A DNA stretch of 64,000 bases from Eledone cirrhosa. Lineage: Eukaryota. Of the stretch, positions 14,801 through 28,129 are shown in pieces. Position numbers and translations under genes: made by a program. The stretch's first letter is position 1, and each line of letters starts with the position of its first letter. The notes under the pieces were generated by a model that was given only the letters and a program-made list of their open reading frames with translations, was not told the origin of the DNA and did not search any database. The stretch lies in NCBI GenBank assembly GCA_964016885.1, contig OZ024743.1, positions 18,848,001 to 18,912,000 on the forward strand, in the 5' to 3' direction.

Positions 14801-17063
14801 ATTCGACGCTGTAGCTTAACTGTCTTACAAATTTAAACCAAAACAAAAGGATTTGACTAGTTATTTAATATTATCTACAACTGTGAGCCATTGAATTCAT
14901 CATACGATTGTATCTCCTGAAATCGATTCCATTTCCCATCTAATAGACATATAAATCTCAGTAGCCTCTAATAAATTACTATGTGCCTGCTGTGCAATTA
15001 GCTGCCAAGTAGCACGAAATGCCGGTCGTGTTACATTTCGAAGAGTCATGTATCCTGTTTTAAACCAAACGGCAATTTCAAGACTGAATATTGATCGTAA
15101 ACAAAGGGCAAATAGAAATCTATAAATTTAATTCAGAATACGTAGATGATATGCCATTTTATGAAGATGAAAATATCACAAAGATTTCAGATTAGAAAAT
15201 AGGATTTCATTTGATCATTTGTTATTTTTTTATATTCGATATTGAAATTGATATTGTGATATGATATGCATAGTAGCTAACTATCATTAAATAGCATCCA
15301 TTATACAAAATCTGTCAGAGATTGTTATGATAATAAAAACTTTTTTTTATGAAAATAAAATACTTGTCATCTGTATCAATAACAGTTACTTTATGCCAAT
15401 GATTGTTAGGGAAACATTATGCAAGAATAATAATTAAAAGCTGAGAAGAAAAGAATTTATAATTTGGTTTTATTTCTGATAACAGATGTAAAATTCTACA
15501 AACTAAACTCATTAACTGTTCTGTAAACGTAAATAGAAATATGATGACGTGTGACAGATTGTCACTATCAATTGTATAATTTGATCACACTAAAAAAGAA
15601 CTTTCGCCTTTCGTGAGTCTGGGATATGTTTGAGTCAACGCATAACTTTTCAAGATAGAACATCGAATAATTTTAATAAGTTAAGATGTTATAAGTGATG
15701 TAACATGGTGCAGTCAACGGTGTTTGTATAACCCATCTAAATTGGAAGACACTTGAGCCATATCTATTCTAGCGTCTGTGAAATAGTGTATTTGGCGACT
15801 ATTGCGTATGCTCCCATTCCATCGTAATAACAATTTGCCACAACAGAATGGTGGTAATGATATTGTATCTAGGTGATTTGTTTAGTTGCAAGGACTAGCA
15901 GACACATGTCCACTGCATCAAATATTACCAAGCAATGGAAGTGTAATTCCTAATAGAGACGCAGATGCGCCGTTGTAAGTTCCGACACGTCACAGGTCCT
16001 TTAAACCTGGTGGATATCAAGCATCTAGAGGTAAGATAATAGCTAATTTCTTACAGGAACGAGATGAGAAAGTTAAAGGAAGGATATTGAATAATTGGTA
16101 AAGGAGAAGACACAAATATGGACGTTTTATGATAACACAGACAGGAGTTGAAATTTTGATAGCATAGCATGCATCATTCTAACGAAAGTTCTAACTCATC
16201 TGGTATTTCGCCAGCTTCATATCGCATATGACTCCTGCCAAGAATGAAATTCTCATACGAAAATATTATTCTTGACATAAAAAAGTAAGAAGCATATAAG
16301 ATCATGTATTTATACTTGAATATTTTAGATTATACAAAAACAAAAACCGAACAAGCAAAAATGGATCAACATATAGTAGTTTACATAGTAAATGAAACAG
16401 CAGCATTCATGATATTTGAATGTCCTCAAAGGCGGGTGAAATGAATGCTGACAAGGATCTGCTTAAACTATTGAACACCATGTAGAGTTATACGGAGAAC
16501 TAGTGTCATGGGCAGGAGCGACTGTACTTATATTAAAATGGGAGATGAATCATTAAAGAAGGTGAGAAGAAGGAGACGAAAGCTTCATGGGCACCGATGA
16601 TTGCATGGCTTGTGAAACCAAACTCTGAAGAGCAGAAAATATTGTAGACGACTCAGAGGGACGGAAAATCACGGAACAACACGTGCCAGTGAATGGAGAA
16701 AAACGTTAGCTAATTTATATAGATAACATCTATGGCTTTCGAGTGAGGTCGAGAATAACAAGAAGAGAAAGTAGCAGCACCGTCTCATGTAGGGATAGTG
16801 CAGCGGTGTGGTATCCCTTGAGCCATGCTGAAGAAAAGACGTCATACCGTCCTTCAAGCAAACTCAATGTCGTGACATAAAATGAACATGGTAAACAGGA
16901 CTTCGATGTTAAGACAGATGGAATAGTTGCAGAGAGAAGGTTTTTCTTTTATCAATGACCCCTTCAATCTGGGTGTATATAAATCTAAACTATACCAAAA
17001 GGCATATCACTCTAAATAATCAGTAAATTGGACGATTGTCGTATACTTTCCATAATAACTATA

Positions 17064-17295
17064 TATGATCTCTCATATTTATTAAAATAACAGATTAAAG
17101 TTTAAGCAAAGAATCGCTCATCTTCAGAAGATCCCGTTAAGGGTGAAAGCAGCGATTCTTTGCTTAAACTTTAATCTCTTATTTTAATAAATATTTGCTC
17201 TACGGTTCTTATATATTTGATATATATTTATCCTTATCGAGCCCTCTTTGGATTTTAGTCTTCAAATTTATTATTATTACTATGATCTCTCATAT
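17064..17295. mobile_element. Short fold-back insert with 15-bp target duplication and HHR remnant
   Basis: TATGATCTCTCATAT at 17064-17078 and 17281-17295; about 45-bp inverted arms around (c)AGAAGA tccc-gttaa-gggt GAAA; the 3' part matches 527-625 (minus) and 28530-28570. Confidence 0.7.
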
Positions 17296-17765
17296 ATATA
17301 TATACAAAGCATATAAAAACCAACCTTATATCATCCATTATTACATAATGATATAAGATTGAAACACTGTCCGTATTGAATATGGCCTACCATCGATATA
17401 TAAGCTGGCATTAACATTTGCCCATTGGTGGACTTTAACTTACTTTCCGGTTTTAGATATGAGTATAACGGAATAGATTTAAGTAGTAACTGTAAGTTAT
17501 ACAGAGAGAAATATGGGAAAACGTCATTGTCATGTTATTTAATTATCATATATTAAAATCATAAATGCTCTATATACTAAATTATCATATTGCATTAGAG
17601 TTTAGATTAATTTTAGTTTATATCAGTTATGAGGTATTCATCTATCTCGTTAAGATATTTCCAACTGTATAACTACTGGTGTAATTATTACGTGTCAGAT
17701 ATTGCCTCGCAATCCATTTCAATGTTGTTTTACTGGATTGCCCATCTAGATTACTCATATCTGTG

Positions 17766-17799
<34 letters not shown>

Positions 17800-18394
17800 C
17801 ACAGATATATATATACGGGGAGGGGGGTATGTGCGTGCACATGTGTGTGTCTGTTTATGTGTGTGCATGTGTGTGTGCGTGTGTCTGTGTGATTATGTAA
17901 TGATGCATGTTTCTATTTATATATGTGTGTGAGTTTAAAGTTTGCGTGGGTGGGTATATTTCTCTTTATGTGCGTGTGTATGTATGCATGTGTAGGTGCA
18001 CGTGTGTATTTATATATACATGTGTTATGATCTATCGCTGGTGTGTATGAATAAGTTTCCCTTTATCAGTGCATAATATCGTAAATAAAATCAGACACAT
18101 ATTTAAAATATTGGTGTATTTAATATAAATTCCTGTCAAATAAATATATCCTCGATACGTAAAACTAATATTCTGATTTGAAAAGAAAAAATGTTCTATA
18201 TATACACTGCACGTGGAATTCATGAAAAAATAAATATCACTGTTGTTTCAAGGATAAATTGTTTTGTTGCGTTTATACTAGGCAGCAAATAAAAAGTCAA
18301 GGAATATTTTATGTATTGCATTAGTAAATATCTAAATAACTCCCACGTGCAATCTACAGAATATTACTTAGGAAAATCTGCTTCGTAGTATCAA

Positions 18395-18490
18395 GACATA
18401 TCTGACGACCGTGGTGATTTCAGAGTCAGGTGTGATCACTATATCGATCGTGCCTCGAGCTGGTTGCCCGAGAAACATTTGTAATATGTC
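18395..18490 (+). ncRNA. Type-I hammerhead, canonical core, long stem II
   Basis: gacatat CTGACGA ..63 nt.. GAAAC attt GTA atatgtc; perfect 7-bp stem I. Confidence 0.75.
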
Positions 18491-18618
18491 CAATAAATTC
18501 CTTTCGTCGCAGCACTGATTCTCTTTTTTCTGTGATATCAGACTCTGCTCTACGTGGGCATTGAGTCCTCGTACGGCCTACCGAATGCGGATGCTTTAAG
18601 CATCCAACACCAATTATA

Positions 18619-18663
<45 letters not shown>

Positions 18664-18668
<5 letters not shown>

Positions 18669-18860
18669 AACGAGTAGGACCCCGACGGCTGAGCTCAAGC
18701 CGTTTCGACGGCTAATTCTGGAGTCCAGAATTAGCCGTCGAAACGGCTTCAGCTCAGCCGTCGGGGTCCTACTCGTTCCTATTACCCACCCTACTACCCT
18801 AAGTATTGAGTACTTTGGTAGTTATGGTCCACCTGGTTCCGTACCAATTTTCCTTCGTTA
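18664..18860 (+). mobile_element. GC-rich hairpin-headed short element in (TA)n
   Basis: 59-bp arms centred on 18723 with one mismatch, plus a ~80-bp tail; homologues at 36876-37060 and 37564-37732. Confidence 0.75.
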
Positions 18861-18927
18861 TATATATATATATATATATATATGCTTATACATATATATT
18901 TATATGTGTATATATATATATATATTT

Positions 18928-18977
<50 letters not shown>

Positions 18978-19216
18978 GAAAGTACAGCATATTCGAAGTT
19001 CGAGCACCAGCTAAGTAAACGAATGCCTTCAGCAGTGCACCAAGCACTCGTCAAGGTATAGACCTCAGAGTAATAACATAGAGTTTAAAGGGCTTTGCAA
19101 ATTGAAGATAACGACCGCTGATTCAGCCGCTTGATCTGTAACAACGAAAGAACTGACTAGTGAGAAAAAATACATAGACACAGATACATACATATATATA
19201 TATATACATATGCACA

Positions 19217-19287
<71 letters not shown>

Positions 19288-19334
19288 GTATGCTTATATA
19301 TATATTTATGTATATATATATATATATATATATC

Positions 19335-19405
<71 letters not shown>

Positions 19406-19432
19406 GCTTATATATATATATTTATGTATATA

Positions 19433-19511
<79 letters not shown>

Positions 19512-19513
<2 letters not shown>

Positions 19514-20310
19514 GGTATAACAAATTATCGTTGTAGGTAGTCCACTTAGAGGTAGTCCAGTTAGAGTACTCCGAGTAGTGGATAGTATTGGCTAATTTTG
19601 ACTCAACAAGACGTTTCCATAGTGATTCTGCGAGTACGCGGTGATTTCTATGTATTTTATACTTGGAGTAATAATACATCAAGAAAGAAGAGTGACATGG
19701 TTTGCTATACAATAAGGGTTTTATTCACATTGCTGACAATTGTTCCTACATCTAACATAGGCCACTTAAATAACGAATCTACAACTCCATTCTACACCAC
19801 ATAAAAATTACCATCCTCACAAAAATGAAGATATTTTATGTGTCAGATAAAAAAATAAATCTTCAACTTACGGCCAGCAAACCTACAGTAAAGCTGATAG
19901 TCCATAATTCCAGGCCCCAAGTTATCTCTTTGCCACCTCTGCACTATATCTAGTGTACCCCATGACAGCTTTCACATGTCAATTTCATACATCAGTATCG
20001 TATCTGTTCGTTTTAGATGCTAAGGTCATCATTATACACTATTCTTACTCAGATTGATGTTGTGATTGTTTTAACTATTTACTATCTAGCTAATTTATTT
20101 GAGTATTGTTATTATTGTTCTGATTTAATACCACTACTATATATAGTAGCGCACGCTCTGATGAATAGACTGGTTATAACAAAGTATTTGTGATCGATTG
20201 ATGCAAAACCAGGCGGGGAGCGATCTCTAGACCTACGAGTTCAGAGAAACAATTGTCAGCAATGTGAATAAACCCATTATTGTATAGCCAACTATGTCCC
20301 TCTTCTTTAT

Positions 20311-20314
<4 letters not shown>
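19512..20314. mobile_element. Head-to-head inverted PLE-type terminal (pseudo-LTR) insert
   Basis: 19678-19747 is the reverse complement of 20246-20314; minus-strand 19515-19747 is a diverged homologue of 28689-28920; flanked by (TA)n. Confidence 0.7.
20155..20260 (+). ncRNA. Type-I hammerhead, long stem II (base of stem II decayed)
   Basis: gct CTGATGA ..81 nt.. GAAAC aatt GTC agc. Confidence 0.6.
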
Positions 20315-20369
<55 letters not shown>

Positions 20370-22182
20370 TATATATACATATATATATATATACATATAT
20401 ATATTTATATAAATATATATATTTATATAAATATATATATATACATATATATATATATACATATTTATATAAATATATATACACATATATATACATATAT
20501 ATTTGTATAAAAACCTCGCAAAACTAATTCATATATATATATATATATATATTGAACACACACGCTTCTTCTCCATTTATCCCGTTTCTTCCTTCTCTCA
20601 CTCTCCTCTACCTTTTTATTTATTGTATCTTTCATTTTATTTTCTGACGAATGAAAAATGAATGACATGATGGATGGATGGATTTTTGTAAGCAAACATA
20701 ACATTATGATTTCAATTAGGGAGATGACTTTATTTCATAAATACATATTTCACAAATTATAATTTTTTTGTTTTATATAAATATTGCTTGATTAAATTTT
20801 TTTTAATATTTTTTAAAAACATATATAACGATATTCAGCCTCACAGAAGCATTAACATATAAAATTATGTTTTTCATTAATGCATAATCCAACGCACTCT
20901 ATTTCATATTAATCAATGATTGATGACCTATTGCAAATATGATACACCATGCCTATATTATATGTATAATATTGTAACATAACTGCATGATAATCCATGT
21001 TCCAATTATATGCATAACATTGTAACATAACTGTGTGGGGGAGGCGAAGAGAATCAGAGTGAAATGGGATAAGTGACAGGTTTTATATTCAGATGATATA
21101 AAACAATTTCAAGTAGTCAGCAACACATTTAATCCAGTGGAATTTACTTATTTTAATGTGCATTCGATTATCGCTTGTTCATTATCCAATTTTAGGTGAC
21201 CTGAATTCACTTTTCTTTTGGTTCTGATGACATTCAGAAACCTAGGAGTAGAAACATGTATAGAAATCTTCAAGTATAATGGTATATTGGCAAAGTTTGA
21301 TGGTAAATGTTACTTTCATTTCAATGTAGAGTTAAAACAGCTGAATTACAAGGTCTTCTCATAGAATCTATTAGGATATTTTCCTATCCTTCTCGTACCT
21401 TTATTAGGTATTATACACATCGCATCTGATTTCTCCCAATAAGCTTTGGTTAAATCATTTAAACAGAGGTGTTTCATGAAATTCAATAGCAGAACATTAT
21501 TCTCAATTTAACAACTAATGATCTAAATTTCAATTTTCAAAGTAACTTATTTATATCTATAATGTCCTTATGCATACATCCCTTTTAACTTATAGGTAAA
21601 AAGAAAATGAACAATGGAAATCACTATAAGTACAGAAAGACATTAGCGTAATTAATTATTACTGAGTGAAAAGAGTGTAGATATATAATTTATTGTGATT
21701 TATAAACCATATCCATTCGTATTTAACAATCCATCTAATTCGTGGGTCGAGTGTCTATTCGATTTCCATTACCTATTATTATTATTTTATTATGTTGGAT
21801 TTGGATGCTTACAAAAACTACAATTGTATATCTATTTATGTAATACACATTGCTTTCTTTATATACTTTAGTATTTTTTTTTCTTTATTTTGCAAACTAT
21901 ACACTCATTTATTTAGAGCTATGACAGGAAAAGAGGATTAGAATAGCTGAAATATGTGATAAATGATGTCTAGTCTTTACGGAATCAAATATGAAGCATA
22001 TATAGGATCGCCAAAATTAGAAAAAACACAATGGAATTTTGATAATAGAATATCTGATCATTTTTGCAGAATGTCACAGACAATCCCACCCACATTCAGA
22101 CGTTCATATATATGAGTTTGTGTATGTGATTGTGTATGTGCGTACGTATATGTGTGTATGCGTATCACACAGCCCCCCCCCC

Positions 22183-22627
<445 letters not shown>

Positions 22628-22842
22628 GTTAAAAATGTACATCCACATATGTATACTGAAATACTAGTATGCATATGAATACACACACGTGTACATATGT
22701 AGATGTACCGAGTTTTTCACTGGACACTTTACTGTGAGTGTCCAGCTATTCTGTATGTAAACACACAGACAAACCGGTTTTTAGAGTCATACTGGTTTTC
22801 GAGGAAACACCTTTCCTCTATTCTCCAGAAAGCCAGACAAGG

Positions 22843-22887
22843 AATATTGGACTAGTTTCGATGTTGTTACATCTCATCAGCAATATT
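22843..22887 (-). ncRNA. Intact minimal type-I hammerhead (family C, inverted copy)
   Basis: Exact reverse complement of 23354-23398. Confidence 0.9.
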
Positions 22888-23260
22888 TACCTATCTTCCG
22901 GCCTGTAACAACATCGAAACTAGTCCAATATTCCTTGTCTGGCTTTCTGGAGAATAGAGGAAAGGTGTTTCCTCGAAAACCAGTATGACTCTAAAAACCG
23001 GTTTGTCTGTGTGTTTACATACAGAATAGCTGGACACTCATAGTAAAGTGTCCAGTGAAAAACTCGGTACATCTACATATGTACACGTGTGTGTATTCAT
23101 ATGCATACTAGTATTTCAGTATACATATGTGGATGTACATTTTTAACTTAATTGTTTAAGCGTCAGTCATACAAAAGTGAGTTACAAACGAAACGAAATT
23201 TAATTTCGTTTCGTTATTTGTTTTTATCGTCTCCGCTGAACCGGTACGTACTCACGCTCT

Positions 23261-23268
23261 ATGCAAAT
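23261..23268 (+). promoter_or_regulatory. Octamer ATGCAAAT in a conserved module upstream of the HHR (also 32161-32168 and 40287-40294)
   Basis: TATGCAAATTAG is conserved across diverged families B and C, with ATATA about 40 nt downstream; function is inferred. Confidence 0.5.
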
Positions 23269-23353
23269 TAGTCTGCCCACTACTAATTTTCATAGAAAAA
23301 GCATATAACGATATGTGCTTTTACGATTCTCTAGAAAGGCCGGAAGATAGGTA

Positions 23354-23398
23354 AATATTGCTGATGAGATGTAACAACATCGAAACTAGTCCAATATT
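23354..23398 (+). ncRNA. Intact minimal type-I hammerhead (family C); predicted cleavage after 23391
   Basis: aatattg CTGATGA gatgt-aaca-acatc GAAAC ta GTC caatatt; all core nucleotides and stems are perfect. Confidence 0.92.
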
Positions 23399-24870
23399 CC
23401 TTGTCTGGCTTTCTGGAGAATAGAGGAAAGGTGTTTCCTCGAAAACCAGTATGACTCTAAAAACCGGTTTGTCTGTGTGTTTACATACAGAATAGCTGGT
23501 ATAAGTATGTATACATATATGTATACACGCGTACAGTAGTATGTATATATATACATACATGCGCACATATATATATGTGTACAAGGAGAAAAGACGAGAG
23601 AGAAAAACAGGGGAAAGCCTACAAATATGAGAGAAATAAATACAGAACTAGCAAAATTTCAGAGGCAAATCAACTATAGGAAACGAACAAAACATCTCAT
23701 TTCCTTTTCAGTTACCCCATCGAAAATGCGATTTCTTCAATACAGATGGCATTGTATTGTTATTTTGAGGACGCGTAAAGTACAACCACATAACATATGC
23801 ATACCATAACTGAGAGAAACAAACAAACGAAAAATTACAATTGGAAATACAAATGATGACAAAATATCATTTATATAAAATGGTTGGCGTTAAAGTTGTA
23901 TCCTCCTAAATCCGATTTCGAAGGCAATAATTGAGTATACGTACAATAAAATTAATTGAGAAAATTAATTGAGAAGACCAGATGTAGATATTCATAATTC
24001 ATTTTATTCATAATCTGCCGTAATAGATATTTTAGTATCGTTAAAAATTACATAATGCTGTTATGAACCGATATCAGACAGGTTTCCTCAGACATTAGGA
24101 ATTCCTTTCTGTTGTCCCTGCGTGCAACACCTGATCTGAGTTTTATTTATAATTTTCAATTATTAATCATGTTATCGTCATCGTGGTATATATACCAGTA
24201 ACTTAAACCTCCCTTAGGCCCAGCACGGCATTTGATACACGCTAATATATTTACTGCTAATATAAATTATGAAGTGCTCTAGTGTATATTAAGTTTGTTT
24301 CCTCTATATGTACTATAAAACTTATGTATAAATGTATCCATCGATACATACATACACATATACACACATACATTCATACACAGATACATACATATCCATA
24401 CATACACACACATATGTGTGTGAGTTTATATATGTATATAGGTACATATGTGTATATAATCAATGCAAATGGTACACAGTTCTCAATATTATTTTAGAAA
24501 CGGGACTATATAATGTAACAGATATTAAACATAACCTAAATAAGTGTTTCTCTCTGGTACAATCTTGGAAGATTCGCTATAGATTCGACGTTCCATTGAT
24601 TTTGTTAGTCTAAAAATATAAATGTGTTTATGTATAAATGTGTAATTGGTTCTTAAATGATTGGTTGTCAAACTGACTCTAATACTTTGAAATACTTGAA
24701 GCAATATTTGTTTTTATGTCATCTTTATTATATTTATGTTCTTGATCTCTTTACTCGTTGTATTTAGTAATATATAACGGTATATACATATATGTATGTC
24801 ACATACATATGTATACATACACATATACATACACACACTCATACGTATATATATATATATATATATATAT

Positions 24871-24874
<4 letters not shown>

Positions 24875-24949
<75 letters not shown>
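24875..24949. repeat. (GA)n microsatellite
   Basis: Seen directly in the sequence. Confidence 0.97.
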
Positions 24950-24952
<3 letters not shown>

Positions 24953-26579
24953 ATATCTATTTGTATTTGTGTCCATTTACCTCTCTGCCTAAATATCTTG
25001 TTTCCCCCATTTAATGATATATTTTACTGAATAATTCTTTTCGCTTTCTTTGTCTACCATTTCTTCTCTCTGCCCCCTCTCTATTTATCTATATATCTCT
25101 CTTTCTCACTCTCTCTATATATAACCAACTTGTTTCATGTCTATCCTGTTTATTCGTTGTTTTTAAGCTATGACTGATTTCTCTAATCAAGAAACCTTGT
25201 ATTCAGCTGCTGTGTGTCTCAAATATAGGTTATTTCCTTTTAGTAGCTGTAACTTACTAGTGACAGGTTTTAACAGGGTTCGTCTTGTTTTGCAAATAAA
25301 TACTACTTTTTTTTTATAATCAAATCCCATGTACCAATATCATATACATTTCCCAAATGCAAAGCGGTAAATCTATATGAACCAAATCATGCTTTACGTT
25401 CTCTAAAATCGATGCATTCCTATTTAATCACTCTTCACATACTAATTATGAACATGAAAACCAGGCAAAAGTTATCTAAATATTTTAGAAGAATTTAAGA
25501 ATTTGTAGATAGAGTAGATACCACCTATAAGTCAACATGAAAGAATGAGTCATGTTTCGGTCATATTATATATCAACACTAGACCACACAAATACGTTTA
25601 ATAAAGTAAAAACAAATCATGGGCTTATTGCATGGGTCACCAAGTATGGAGAGAAACATACTTAATGGGATTGTTCTGATTGACGTATATACATGCTTAA
25701 CAGCACTCTCACATGCTGAAAATGAGTCATGGGCAAATAAAGAACAGATACTCTCTGTTGGGATTTGAATCTCTATAATAGAATACAGCTCAGCCTATTG
25801 TTATACTCCTATCTTTTTGTTTTTGCAAGATGTATTTACCCGATAAAACCCACACGTTTTAGGGGCCCCGTTAGTCCCAGGGTAACTGAGTGGTGTCATG
25901 TTTTATTGCAGAATAACTAAGTATGAAACTGAAACTTGGTACAAGTATAAACCTTTGATAATCAACAGTTTCTCCATTACAAAAATATTACACACGACAC
26001 AAGATTTCTGATGACACTTTCAAGTGTACACAGTGTTCGATCTTCCTGCAGAAGTGCGATTTCTATAGCCACGACACATTGCAGAAATATAAGCACTGCA
26101 CATAGGGACTTGCTATGTTTGCTACCAGATGAAACAGCAACAATGCTATGTCAATCATTTGATAATATTTTGTCATGGTAACTACATAGACACCATGAAA
26201 ATGACGTCGTTTTCATAGCAACCGTTGCAATGTAACAAAAAACACATACATTAGATATTGATTTGATTACAAAGACTAAAACATATCATAACTATCTACC
26301 TTCTATTGAACTCCTAACGTTTCCATTGGAATGTGGACAATTATTTTCAAAAGCACTTATGTGAGCATTTGAGTGTGTAAAGTTGAGGACAGGTCACCAA
26401 ATAACACTGAGAATTCTGCTTCTTTTTAAAAGCTATACAAACGAATGTCCAATCATATTGATGTCTTTGTAATGCGCATAACTGGATTATACAATAGATA
26501 ACATTGGATAAATGTGCAAAATTGTTCTTACATCTCGCTGACACATTCCACAAACACAGCTCTCTCTACTGTCCACTCT

Positions 26580-26800
26580 GAATAATACCTTATGTTTTCC
26601 CATTATCTCTCTTCAATTCTCTGCTCCCCAGGGATTTCGACGTCAATTATTCACCACTTGCTCTCCAATTTTTCTATCACGACAACGTCGGATTTTCGAT
26701 GTTCAATAACTTTGACTGTTGGCACGTCAGATCGCGATTATTGTTTCGTTTTGCTCTCCACTGCTTCTTCGGCTTCTCCTTCTACTTAACATTCATTCTA
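26580..26800 (-). pseudogene. R4/Dong-type non-LTR retrotransposon restriction-like endonuclease relic
   Basis: Minus-strand translation DVPTVKVIEHRKSDVVVIEKLESKW*IIDVEIPGEQRIEER*WENIRYY follows the pattern EHRRPDIVV..IIDVAIPGD.RIEEKE.EKI.KY. Confidence 0.6.
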
Positions 26801-26999
26801 TCGTCTACTACACCAAATCATTTTCTATAGACACATTAATCACCCTTCCCAAAACCCATTCCACGGCGATTATATATCATGAAACTGATGAAAATTGTCT
26901 TATTTCCTGATAATTTCGGACGAATAAAAGAGTTCTAATCGTGAGTGAGAAAGGGAGAGAGAGCACTCAACAGTTATTTTGGTATATATAGGTATACAT

Positions 27000-27048
<49 letters not shown>

Positions 27049-27179
27049 GATAAATCTACCAAGAGTTTACGGTAGTGTCCAATCCGTATGAAGAACTCAA
27101 TGTAATCCGGATATCATGGAAAGAAGAGATGCAATGAAAAATCACTTTCGGTGAAAGATAAACGGAATACAGAGTCAAG

Positions 27180-27607
27180 ATAAAATATTAAAAAAATAAT
27201 GAATAAAACAATGAAACATTTCCTTATATTAAACAAAAAAAGTTCATTATTTAACGATCGTTTCTGGGATATATATGTGTTAGAATTGGCATGTATATTT
27301 AACAGATCTATGTACAAAATTATACAAAATTATACAAACTATCAAAATCAAATATACATACCAACTCATATATATGCCGTCTTCAGAAATAATGATTATT
27401 TCTGAAGACGGCATATATATGAGTTGGTATGTATATTTGATTTTGATAGTTTGTATAATTTTGTATAATTTTGTACATAGATCTGTTAAATATACATGCC
27501 AATTCTAACACATATATATCCCAGAAACGATCGTTAAATAATGAACTTTTTTTGTTAATATAAGGAACTGTTTCATTGTTTTATTCATTATTTTTTTAAT
27601 ATTTTAT
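27180..27607. repeat. Near-perfect ~428-bp palindrome centred on 27394, made of two HHR-bearing arms
   Basis: Arms of about 213 bp with a 1-nt spacer and 2-3 differences. Confidence 0.92.
27395..27542 (+). ncRNA. Type-I hammerhead with 115-nt stem II (mirror copy 27246-27393, minus strand)
   Basis: attattt CTGAAGA cggcatatatatg..agttggtatgtatattt..aaatatacatgccaatt..catatatatccca GAAAC gatc GTT aaataat. Confidence 0.8.
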
Positions 27608-27624
27608 ATATATATATATATATA

Positions 27625-27715
27625 TTTCACCTTAGCGAACCCTCAGCTCGGATCAGTCGATCCGCTAAGGTGAAACAATTGTTCTCGGTATGGTGAACTG
27701 ATTGTTGTGTTAACA
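27625..27715. mobile_element. Family A HHR fragment, head-to-head
   Basis: Minus strand ccgag CTGAGGG ttc-gctaa-ggt GAAA; plus strand GA tcc-gctaa-ggt GAAAC aatt GTT ctcgg; matches 875-925. Confidence 0.65.
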
Positions 27716-27781
27716 CTTGTACCTAACTCGTCCCCTGGGCTGAGTGCTCTACCACTACGGATATTACATTCCAGTGTTATT

Positions 27782-27857
<76 letters not shown>

Positions 27858-28129
27858 TCTAAACTATAATAAATAAGACGCGCGGGACTACGTACGGCTT
27901 ATAGTTTGTTTATCCCCTTAGTAAAATAAGTTGGATTACTTTGAATAAAAAATGAATGAATATTACATAACCTATCTAATTTCGTGGCTGTTCATTAAAT
28001 ATATTTTATTACTTATTAAAAATGATTGTCTTTAAAATGTTCAAATGTCAACACTTCCTGTCAGCGATCGTTTAAATAAATATTCTTGTTCATATATTTC
28101 TGTCACTAATTTTCTCCCAATGCAGTTTA

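Larger units (their letters stand above)
22622..23499. mobile_element. Retrozyme-like non-autonomous element, family C: 466-bp unit, partial tandem plus 5' inverted copy
   Basis: Direct repeat starting at 22904 and 23370 (period 466); 22622-22871 is the reverse complement of 22904-23153; no coding similarity seen. Confidence 0.85.

Noticed and set aside
8340-17000. Long unique AT-rich region (likewise about 49000-55000) as a host gene
   Set aside because: No convincing ORF or exon; small exons cannot be excluded without transcript data.
19025-19060. Minus strand TTGACGA gtgc-ttggt-gcac as an HHR
   Set aside because: No GAAA after the stem, and U3.G8 is not compensated.
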